Shown: in pieces, positions 56,801 through 64,000 of the stretch
How positions within the stretch are numbered: position 1 is the first letter of the stretch
How the letters are laid out: every line of letters starts with the position of its first letter
NCBI RefSeq assembly: GCF_006345805.1
Contig: NC_043021.1
Coordinates: 8,990,001 to 9,054,000, forward strand
DNA length: 64,000 nucleotides
Direction: 5' to 3'
DNA from: Octopus sinensis
Taxonomy: Eukaryota
The notes under the pieces: generated by a model
Told to the model about the DNA's origin: nothing
The model's input: only the letters and a program-made list of their open reading frames with translations
Databases searched by the model: none
Program-made: the position numbers and the translations under genes

Positions 56801-59800
56801 TCTATACCAAAGGGATACCCAGATATACCTCTTATTTGTTACTGTCATAAGAGAATAAAGTAGATATATATATTTTACGTCTGCGTCTTGTTGTTTCCGA
56901 CTGGTAGAGAATCTGGATTATTAAAGCAATGGATAGTGATTGCTTCTCGCACCCCCAAAAGGTCCAGAGAAGATATTCACACTTTCGTTACAGTTCCTTG
57001 CCAAGCCATATAGACTAATAGAGCCGGTTTCCAGGTTTCCCTGGCATATATGTTCCCAACCTGGACGGGTCACCAGTCTGTCGTAGGATTCCTCATTTTT
57101 GCCAGCTGAGTAGACTGGAGCAATGTGAAATGAAGGGTTTTGCTCAAGAACACAAAACATTGCCTGGTCCAGGAATCGAAACCACAACCTTATGATCATG
57201 AATCCGATAACCTAACCACTAGGCCACATACCTCCACATATATATATACATACACACACACACTACATATACACACATATATACATACATACACACACAC
57301 ACACACACTACATATACACATATATACATACATACACACACAACACACACTACATATACACACATATATACATACATACACACACACACACTACATATAC
57401 ACACATATATACATACATACATATCAATACAAAAACGAGATCCAAACTCACTGAAAAGTGGTGCTCCAGCATGGCCTCAATGTTTGGCTGAAACCAGTAA
57501 TAAAAATACACACACACACACATATATATAAACAAGACAGAGTTGGTATACATTGATGGTTGACACCACAAGAAGCACCATCATTCACCACCCCACCAAC
57601 ACAACATCCACCATCAATCAGCAGCATCAATCACTACGACAATCACAATAATTCATACAAATGATTAAATTTGTAAATCTATGCAACCCCTGCAAGTATT
57701 GATAAATCAATATAAACAAAATGACAAATGACAACAATGACGACAACGACGACAAATGACAACAACGATGACAACAAATGACGGCAATGACAACAAATGA
57801 TGGCGATGACAACAAATGACAGCGATGACAACAAATGACAGCGATGACAACAAATGACGGCGGATGACAACAAATGACAGCAATGACAACAAATGACAGC
57901 AATGACAACAAATGATGGCGATAACAACAAATGACGGTAGATGACAACAAATGACGGCAATGACAACAAATGACGGCGATGACAACAAATGACGGCGATG
58001 ACAACAAATGACGGCGATGACAACAAATGATGGCGATGCCGACAAATGACGACGACAAATGAAGACAAAGACAACAAATGCCGACGACGATGACGACAAC
58101 GACAAATGACGACAGTGATGACAACAATAATGATGATGTACCTGTTTTCCATTGGGCTTCAGAATACCATTTTCAGGTTTGACAGAAATATTTTCAGTTT
58201 CAACAAGAGTTTTTTCCTCAGCATCTAAAAGCAGACAAAACACAAACCTAAACTACAACGAATGAATACACATTCAACAGACAACATAGATTAATTCTTT
58301 TTCACACAAGGCTTTCTCACTAATTCTTAGACTAGTTCCTTTATCTTTTACACCTTCTCCTCAAGCATGACATAATGTCAAAGGTCTCAGTCATTGCCCT
58401 ATGTACTTATATATGCATACACACACCTATGAAAAGGTGTGAAATAAGAGGTGTAGAAATAATACAGAGGTTCAATATATGTAGGGGGGTGAGAATAAAA
58501 AAAAAAAATCTCTTACTTGAAAAACATGTAGGGGTTGGAAAGAGTATCAACCAAAATAATCTTACCTCAAACTAGCAGTATCGCCCGGCGTTGCTCGGAT
58601 TTGTAAGGGAAATAACTATATAAGCATTTTTAGAGAGTTATAGCCAAAAAATGCATTAAAAATGGAAAAAAAAACGACAGTAATTTTTTTTTTAAATCGT
58701 TGACTCATTGTAGACATTTTTAGAGAGTTACTTCCCTTATATAATAGCGAAAAAATGCATTAAAATGGAAAAAAATGATAAATTTTTTTTTAAATCGTAG
58801 ACTCATGGTAGACGTGCACTAATACCCAGAACGGCTCGATATGAATCACGACTATAAGATACCCGGTTTTGGTTAAACTGCACCGCAAAATGCGGGAGTA
58901 GTTAGGAATCTAAATCGTAGGAGACAGACACACAACTTCACTTTTATATATAAAGATAAGTTCCTTTCCAACAGCTGCTAGCATGGGAAAAGGGACGATA
59001 AATAAACAACAAGAATGAATTGATGAATATAAATACATTCAATTTGCCACTTACCATGGAAGACTTTGACACAGAAGAAACCATCACGGAAGCCAACGTT
59101 CTGAATAGTAAAAGTCTTTTGTACAAAGGGTGCAGTTGCTTGTTCCAGCTCCAGTATACCAGAACAGGGTTCTACAAGCCGTATATCACTTTTGGCACCG
59201 TAGCCAAACAAAGGTATCTAAAAGTGAGAGAAAGAGAAGAAAAATAATATATAAATGTGTGTGTGTGTATGTGTCTCTCACATACACACACAAGATAATG
59301 ATAATAAAGTAAAACTAAATATTGGTATTTTGAGTGCATTTAATACCTGTGTTTCAGATCATTATGTAGGAGAGAAAAAGGAATTTGTTTTTTTACATAT
59401 CATCTTCAGTTGAGACATTTCAAAATATAAATAGTACAGTAGAAATCAGCCTTTATGTAGTTTTGGCTGATAGAACCTACCTACCAGAAGAGGTAACGTA
59501 GCTAGAAGGCATAAGGGTGAGAGAGAGTGCTTCAATTATTGTATTATATATTAATATACGCAATACTTACAATAAGTTTGCATGAATTGCCAGAAGACAC
59601 GTAAATGTTAATCTTGCCGTGGACATAACACGGCTGCGTTGGGGAGAAGACAACAGTGATCGGGTAGATTTCATTGGGTGGAATCACAATACTCTTTGAC
59701 TCTGACAATAAGGTATGAGATTTCATTACACAAAACTGAAAAAAATAAAGTAAACAAAACGTATTTTCATTATTTTCATTCTAAATCCAATTTAAAGGAT

Positions 59801-61319
59801 TGCATTATTTTTCTTTCATATTGTTTAAACAAATGACCCTTGATACACAACTTTACAAGAGGTCTTTGGTATGTAACTTAACAAAAGCCTTTGGACATTA
59901 TTTACATTTGACAATTATTTGTCCTCATCTAGTTTGTTGTTAACACGTATCCACTGATATACTCTCCAGCCTTCATCAGGTGTCTTGGGGAAATTTCGAA
60001 CCTGGGTTCTCATTCCTAAGGTATTTTTCAATGTTGTTGCTATTATTATCATTATTATTATTCAAGTTACTGCCTGGAATCGAACTCGGAATCTTGGGAT
60101 TAGCAGCCTGCGCTCTTGACCACTACGCCATATGCCCATGGGCATAGTGGTTAAGAGTGCGGGCTACTAACCCCAAGATTCTGAGCTCGATTCCAGGTAG
60201 TGACTTGAACAATAATAATACTAATAATTATAATAATATCAAAAATACATTAGGAATGAGAACCCAGGTTCGAAATTTCCCCAAGACACCACCTGATGAA
60301 GGCTGGAGGGTATATCAGCCAAAATGTTGTTAACAACAAACAAGATGAGGACAAATATCCGTCAAATGTAAATAATGTACATAATTCCTTGTCTCTTAAA
60401 TAGAGAACTGAAAAAGCCTTTGTTACACAACCTAAGTTCTTGGCATAAAGTTTCTATGTACTGAAAGTTTGTCTTATTAATGAAATAATGAAATTTGTCT
60501 TATTAATGAAAGCCCCTCACACCTACCCTACAATGTCATTCTAAAAATATAAACACATTATTGAAATCTTGAAGCTACAAGATATGTGATTAATTCAACA
60601 CATATCTTGGCAATATGCTGTACTTGAGTAGAAGACCCACCAAGCCAAGTGGAACCGTAGTCATGGAAGATATTGGTGTTCAGCAACTGGCACCTGTGCC
60701 AATGGCATGTAAAAGCACCTGTTACACTCTGTAAAGTGGTTGGTATTAGGAAGGGAATCCAGCCATAGAAACCATGCCAAATCAGATTGGAGTCTGGTGC
60801 AGCCACCTCAGCTTACCAGCCCTGGTCAAACCATCCAACCCATGCCAGCATGGACAACAAATGTCAAATGATGATGATGACGATGTGGAGGTGGTCAAGG
60901 CTGGATAAGTAATACTCTTTTACTCTTTTAGTTGTTTCAGTCATTTGACTGCAGCCATGCTGGAGCACCGCCTTTAGTCGAGCATATCGACCCCGGGACT
61001 TATTCTTTGTAAGCCCAGTACTTATTCTATCGGTCTCTTTTGCCGAACTGCTAAGTGACGGGGACGTAAACACACCAGCATCGGTTGTCAAGTAATGCTA
61101 GGGGGACAAACACAGACACACAAACACACACACACACACATATATATCATCATCATCATCGTTTAACGTCCATTCTCCATGCTAGCATGGGTTGGATGGT
61201 TCGACCGGGGATCTGGGAAGCCAGAAGGCTGCACCAGGCTCCAGTCTTATCTGGCAATGTTTCTACAGCTGGATGCCCTTCCTAACGCCAACCACCCCGT
61301 GAGTGTAGTGGGTGCTTTT

Positions 61320-61375
<56 letters not shown>

Positions 61376-62220
61376 ACAGGCTTCTTTCAGTTTCAGTCTA
61401 CCAAATCCACTCACAAGGCATTGGTCGGCCCAGGTCTATAGCAGAAGACACTTGCCCAAGGTGTCATGCAGTGGGACTGAACCCGCAACCATGTGGTTGG
61501 TTAGCAAGCTACTTACCACACAGCCACTCCTGCGCCAAAATAAATGACACACCTATGACAAAAAAAATCTTACCTTGAATGAATTCAGATCAGAGTTGAT
61601 ATATAATTTCAACCTGGCAGTTACGTTGGAGCCATTTTTTAAATTCAAAGAAATTTCCCTGGAAAAATAAAGAAATATGGAACATCACCTTCTGGATAAG
61701 AATCTTAGAATTAACTCTTTGAAACACAAACAAACAGGATCAAAATACAATATCAATGAGCTTATACATGGTCACCAGTTCTGCTAAGGATAGAAGACAA
61801 TTTTTACTCAAATCACACCATATTATCTTTACTCTTTAGTATTCGGATTACTGTCAAATGTAATATTTATTCATTCATGTCCCTGTAGGTTAGTGGTTCG
61901 GCAAAAGAGACCGATAGAATAAGTACTAGGCTTACAAAGAATAAGTCTTGGGGTCGATTTGGTTGACTAAAGGCGATGCTCCAGCATGGCCACAGTCAAA
62001 TAACCGAAACAAGTAAAAGAAATCGAAGAAAAATATACACAAGGACAACCACGATTTTACTTAGCTAAGTAAAATTTTGTGCCCTGCATCACTCTTCTTC
62101 CGAGAGTTCGCAGTCTTGCAGGTTCATGGGTGCTGGTATCACATACAAAGCATTTGTAACGCCGAACGAAATACTAAGCAGTTCATTCAGCTTGCTAACA
62201 ACTCTGCCAGCTTGCCATCT

Positions 62221-62269
<49 letters not shown>

Positions 62270-63342
62270 GTAAACATTTCCTTACTTTTTGTTTCCCAGT
62301 GCCACTCCACCAAAGTTGAGATCTGAGGCATTTGAAACAATCTTTGGTTTTAACTGAGAACTTGTCACTACCTCTCCTTGGATTGGAACTCCATAAGCTG
62401 GTCCTGATGGTAGTAAATAGATGACCAGTTCCCTGTGGGATGACATAGACAACAAGACATACATGAATGTAAAAGTTATGGTATACGATGATTAAAGAGG
62501 AAGGAGGCGAACCAAAGCAAAGTAAGTGATGGGTAGCAATGATAATAAATAGATGGTAAATCAGTCTGTGTTTGTGGTGTTGTTAGCTAACTCCTCCTAC
62601 ATTGTTTTATTGATTTTGATGAAACTTGACATGCAAGTAGAACTCATGTCTGGAAACCTTATGACATACTTAGATTGTTGAAAAAAAAAAAATCAATAAT
62701 ATAGCCCCTGGAAGGGATCTTTATATTTCCTCATATAACTAATTTTTTTTAAACACCCAAGGGAAATAACCCATAGCAGCTGCCTAATATTTGTTTTGAA
62801 ACACTCAAGGGAAATAATCCATTTCATTATGTTCGATTACTTTGAATATTGAATTTTTTTGTGCATCCAATTTCTAATTTTTGCAGCAAAAAAGGGAGAA
62901 AGAAAAAGAGTGGAAGGAAAGAATGAGTGGAAGGAGAAAACAAAGAAATGGAAAGAGAGAGAAAGAGGTAGGTAGGTGTATAGGTGTTAGGGAGAAATAA
63001 TACTAGAGATAGAGCTCTCTCCTTCAGAATAAGGAAAAGAATGAGGTGGTGGTGGTGGTGGAGAAAAACAAAATAAAAAAATAAAAAACTCAATATAAAG
63101 AGAGGTGGGAAGAAAAAAGTTACTCACATGTTGTAAAATTGGACAGATTCATCGATCGGGTGAAAGGTAACATCAACACTGGCCACTTGACCGACCGAGA
63201 TGCTTTTCTGATTGCTGTCCAAGCTGAACACGTTTTCACTGTTGTTGATGTACAGCATCACGTTGAAATCAAAGGTGCCGGAATTTAATAGGGTCACTTT
63301 GTGTGTGTGGGGCTTCATTAAAGAAGTCTCCATTTTAATTAA
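28617..63342 (-). CDS. CEP192: CEP192 / Spd-2 centrosomal scaffold, 3' part (21 exons, 997 aa in window; gene continues beyond window end)
   Basis: 21 exons with canonical AG/GT sites and matching phases splice to a 2994-nt ORF ending in TAG at 28619-28617. Peptides match human CEP192 C-terminal motifs as recalled from memory, not searched: GPAYGVPIQGEVV...IVSNASDLNFGGVALG (GPRYEVVLKGEVI...ILSNKQFLAWGGVPLG); IPLFGYGAKSDIRL (IPLSGYGGTSNLIL); YHGDEVARQQMKR (FWGEEISRQQYRR); FQLRWP (FELCWP); FYPCHLGETLKTKVIIKNRS (FRPTSVGESRTLKVNLRNNS); LVKLPVYFTP (YINMPVQFKP). Confidence 0.93.
29263..29989 (+). mobile_element. piggyBac-like MITE with four tandem 169-bp units (family copies 31643-32032, 32278-32700, 40130-40351)
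   Basis: CCCTT(T)CGTTAC...GTAACGAAAGGG termini, TTAA at the ends (left flank of this copy reads ATAA); 169-bp period (29431, 29600, 29769). Confidence 0.8.
30457..30521 (-). CDS. CEP192: CEP192 exon (65 nt, phase 0 to 2)
   Basis: ttctgctgcag / gtaagt; VAISDEDSDSPFSANVKSFTI. Confidence 0.87.
31401..31518 (-). CDS. CEP192: CEP192 exon (118 nt, phase 2 to 0)
   Basis: atctttcag / gtaagc; NTNSSLEVKSNVMAFYPCHLGETLKTKVIIKNRSQQSIK. Confidence 0.9.
33287..33357 (-). CDS. CEP192: CEP192 exon (71 nt, phase 0 to 2)
   Basis: ccttctctttag / gtaagt; FLDNDVLNPKIASSTAEMFMPSL. Confidence 0.82.
34665..34790 (-). CDS. CEP192: CEP192 exon (126 nt, phase 0 to 0)
   Basis: catctttcag / gtaagt; VPIIFYPQVFLDCTFVCHQNCLLKFTSTSDDTCLTHPFTLQA. 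Confidence 0.86.
36428..36517 (-). CDS. CEP192: CEP192 exon (90 nt, phase 0 to 0)
   Basis: tttatctgcag / gtaagt; NEGKTTVMRSYDMFKIFELSGLLFSGQTYQ (compare human RATYAAFRCSPISGLL). Confidence 0.87.
36695..36915. mobile_element. Second piggyBac-like MITE family
   Basis: TTAA-ccctttagtgttt ... aacactaaaggg-TTAA; truncated relatives near 35570-35770, 45690-45775 and 60520-60600. Confidence 0.75.
38659..38744 (-). CDS. CEP192: CEP192 exon (86 nt, phase 1 to 0)
   Basis: ttttttttcag / gtaaga; CNYLEITNNGQQTVQWSLDNQMEFPCFSN (compare human CLELENHGTTDVKWHL). Confidence 0.88.
39257..39911 (-). CDS. CEP192: CEP192 large exon (655 nt, phase 0 to 1) with 16-aa Ser/Thr repeats
   Basis: ctctatttcag / gtatgt; ends VSLTENNIAFHLEESSKLA (compare human VEIRNKSITFPTTEPGETSE). 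Confidence 0.85.
40403..40760. mobile_element. Mariner-derived rearranged remnant
   Basis: Terminal cgagggtgagtcaaaa; a 50-bp segment encoding KWLEEQSSELYGAGIH (mariner C-terminus) occurs in inverted orientation at 40570-40620 and 40710-40758. Confidence 0.6.
41403..41490 (-). CDS. CEP192: CEP192 exon (88 nt, phase 2 to 0)
   Basis: ttttgttttccag / gtaaga; KVETVHVSCTEAPGVEGIYIYVTTADEVL. Confidence 0.85.
42525..42590 (-). CDS. CEP192: CEP192 exon (66 nt, phase 2 to 2)
   Basis: tcttcaacag / gtaagt; FQLRWPLDKLNVSKNQVDVGP. Confidence 0.88.
43164..43209 (-). CDS. CEP192: CEP192 exon (46 nt, phase 1 to 2)
   Basis: tttttcttcag / gtacag; DPQPFYIINFSGTSKR; required to keep the frame. Confidence 0.83.
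43360..44765. repeat. Long degenerate (GT)n satellite, then (agaaatgtgtgt)n
   Basis: About 1.4 kb low-complexity tract; source of the 300-470 aa spurious HT/CV ORFs. Confidence 0.97.
45901..46159 (+). mobile_element. tRNA/CORE SINE with 14-bp TSD
   Basis: A box tggcttagtggttag, B box ggtttcgattcc; TSD taagacaaagttgt at 45887-45900 and 46160-46173. Confidence 0.85.
46369..46637 (-). CDS. CEP192: CEP192 exon (269 nt, phase 2 to 1)
   Basis: cgttgcag / gtaata; Ser-rich linker, then KKWDLQPSQLVLHCN (compare human EPWTVLPEHLIL). Confidence 0.85.
47851..48051. mobile_element. hAT-type MITE with 8-bp TSD
   Basis: TIRs cagtggttttcaa / ttgaaaagcactg; TSD atatagac at 47843-47850 and 48052-48059. Confidence 0.88.
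50755..51310 (-). mobile_element. Interspersed retroelement 3' region (inverse copy at about 13135-13510)
   Basis: Long homology between the two loci (gagcagtgcatgccatc...gcacatatc.tcagccac) next to (AAT)n runs; family not identified. Confidence 0.6.
51373..51457 (-). CDS. CEP192: CEP192 exon (85 nt, phase 1 to 2)
   Basis: tatttgcag / gtacag; DYLNHCGESSLSVFFGHLSTINFTVQLST (compare human VQLFYGSMCKIILSV). Confidence 0.83.
53340..53585 (-). pseudogene. CR1/L2-type LINE ORF2 C-terminal fragment
   Basis: KNLRDLHGVDADVFKMKLDLFLSGVPDEPT...RAAASNSL, a typical end of such ORF2s. Confidence 0.7.
53600..53697 (-). CDS. CEP192: CEP192 exon (98 nt, phase 2 to 1)
   Basis: tcttgttag / gtaaat; IVTKLGSSKQNSKYCVWFNTSFADEDKGAVIK. 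Confidence 0.85.
54233..54330 (-). CDS. CEP192: CEP192 exon (98 nt, phase 0 to 2)
   Basis: ttttactctag / gtgaga; DVTLTCDQAALSSLPLYVSIYHGDEVARQQMKR. Confidence 0.9.
54434..56992 (+). mobile_element. Intact non-autonomous Gypsy-type LTR retroelement (TRIM/LARD-like) in a CEP192 intron
   Basis: LTRs 54434-54945 and 56483-56992 (TGTA...TACA; 5 substitutions plus one 2-bp indel by eye); PBS tggtgacccccgacgtgat (tRNA-Trp complement with one extra C) at 54947; PPT ggggtggag before the 3' LTR; 4-bp TSD GTTC; no gag/pol ORF recognised. Confidence 0.92.
57720..58135. repeat. About 19-bp minisatellite (gacggcgatgacaacaaat)n
   Basis: About 18 imperfect units starting right after the donor of exon 58142-58224. 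Confidence 0.9.
58142..58224 (-). CDS. CEP192: CEP192 exon (83 nt, phase 1 to 0)
   Basis: ctgcttttag / gtacat; DAEEKTLVETENISVKPENGILKPNGKQ. Confidence 0.85.
59055..59217 (-). CDS. CEP192: CEP192 exon (163 nt, phase 0 to 1)
   Basis: cacttttag / gtaagt; IPLFGYGAKSDIRLVEP...TFTIQNVGFRDGFFCVKVFH. Confidence 0.92.
59571..59735 (-). CDS. CEP192: CEP192 exon (165 nt, phase 0 to 0)
   Basis: ttttttcag / gtaagt; FCVMKSHTLLSESKSIVIPPNEIYPITVVFSPTQPCYVHGKINIYVSSGNSCKLI. Confidence 0.9.
59894..60411. mobile_element. Palindromic tRNA-Ser-headed retroelement with hammerhead-like motifs, 11-bp TSD
   Basis: About 240-bp inverted arms centred on atgcccatgggcat (60132-60145); TSD aaaagcctttg at 59883-59893 and 60412-60422. 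Confidence 0.8.
61574..61658 (-). CDS. CEP192: CEP192 exon (85 nt, phase 2 to 0)
   Basis: tttttccag / gtaaga; EISLNLKNGSNVTARLKLYINSDLNSFK. Confidence 0.88.
62286..62432 (-). CDS. CEP192: CEP192 exon (147 nt, phase 2 to 2)
   Basis: cccacag / gtaag; ELVIYLLPSGPAYGVPIQGEVVTSSQLKPKIVSNASDLNFGGVALGNK. Confidence 0.93.
63128..63342 (-). CDS. CEP192: CEP192 exon (215 nt, phase 0 to 2)
   Basis: ttccacag acceptor, gtgagta donor; LIKMETSLMKPHTHKVTLLNSG...VDVTFHPIDESVQFYN, an ASH-like beta domain. Confidence 0.88.
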
Positions 63343-63799
63343 CTGTGGAATTAAATAATAATAATAATAATCATCATCATCATCATCATTTAGCGTCCGT
63401 TTTCCATGCTAGCATGGGTTGGACGGTTTAACTGGGGTCTGTGAAGCCGGGAGGCTTCATCAGGCCCAGTCAGATTTGGCAGTGTTTCTACGGCTGGATG
63501 CCCTTCCTAACGCCAACCACTCCGTGAGTGTAGTGGGTGCTTTTTATGTGCCACCTGCACAGGTGCCAGACAAAGATGGCAAACGGCCACGAACGGATGG
63601 TGCTTTTACGCGCTACCGGCACGGGGGCCAGGCGAGGCTGGCAACAGACACGAACGGATGGTGCTTCTACGTGCTACCGGCACGGGGGCCAGGCGAGAAT
63701 AATAATAATTATAATTTAATTCTTTATTGCCCACAAGGGGCTAAACACAGAGGGGACAAACAAGGACAGACAAAGGGACTAAGTCGATTACATTGACCC

Positions 63800-64000
63800 C
63801 AGGCGAGCTGGCAGAAACGTTAGCACGCCGGGCGAAATGCGTAGCCGTATTTCGTCTGCCGTTACGTTCTGAGTTCAAATTCCGCCGAGGTCGACTTTGC
63901 CTTTCATCCTTTCGGGGGTCGATAAATTAAGTACCAGTTTCGCACTGGGGTCGATGTAATCGACTTAATCCGTTTGTCTGTCCTTGTTTGTCCCCTCTGT
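63800..64000 (+). mobile_element. Third tRNA-SINE family with Meta-like central domain (many other pieces, e.g. 10960-11200, 12740-13080, 20500-20705, 24080-26400, 52670-52870)
   Basis: ggcgagctggcagaaacgttagc...gagttcaaattcc (B box)...gcctttcatcctttcggggtcgataaattaagtacc; the Meta-domain assignment is from memory. Confidence 0.7.

Noticed and set aside
54611-56848. Duplicated 62-aa ORF MTVTNKRY...
   Set aside because: It is the antisense reading of the two LTRs; no protein similarity recognised.
58566-58977. Micro-exon split by the Helitron-like insertion (tagcag...gag/gtaag)
   Set aside because: Removing the element gives 24-27 nt with an in-frame TGA; probably chance splice-like motifs.
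60076-60194. tRNA-Ser genes
   Set aside because: Only the A/B boxes and anticodon loop resemble tRNA; there is no acceptor stem or long variable arm, and the sequence is embedded in a repeat, so these are SINE heads.

Overview
AT-rich, extremely repeat-rich eukaryotic DNA. The SINE families and the microsatellite load point to a coleoid cephalopod (Octopus-like) genome; that assignment is inference. The one recognisable host gene is the 3' part of CEP192/Spd-2 on the minus strand. I reconstructed 21 coding exons by hand between 63342 and 28617. All have AG/GT sites and matching phases, and they splice to 2994 nt (997 aa plus stop) encoding the tandem ASH/PapD-like C-terminal domains. The 5' part of the gene lies beyond the window end. 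The rest is intronic or intergenic: several tRNA-SINE families, RTE/R4/CR1-type LINE scraps, decayed hAT, MULE and mariner transposases, Helitron-like and piggyBac-like non-autonomous elements, a young non-autonomous Gypsy-type LTR element with LTRs, PBS, PPT and TSD, minisatellites, and a 100-N gap. The most unusual item is a TSD-flanked palindromic retroelement whose two arms each join a tRNA-Ser-like head to a Penelope-type minimal hammerhead ribozyme motif. Other items worth a look: a displaced duplicate of a CEP192 exon, a 16-aa Ser/Thr repeat inside CEP192, inverted SINE pairs around exons, a fold-back hairpin, and MITEs or SINEs expanding into tandem arrays. No CRISPR, rRNA or true tRNA genes were seen. 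All coordinates were counted by eye.
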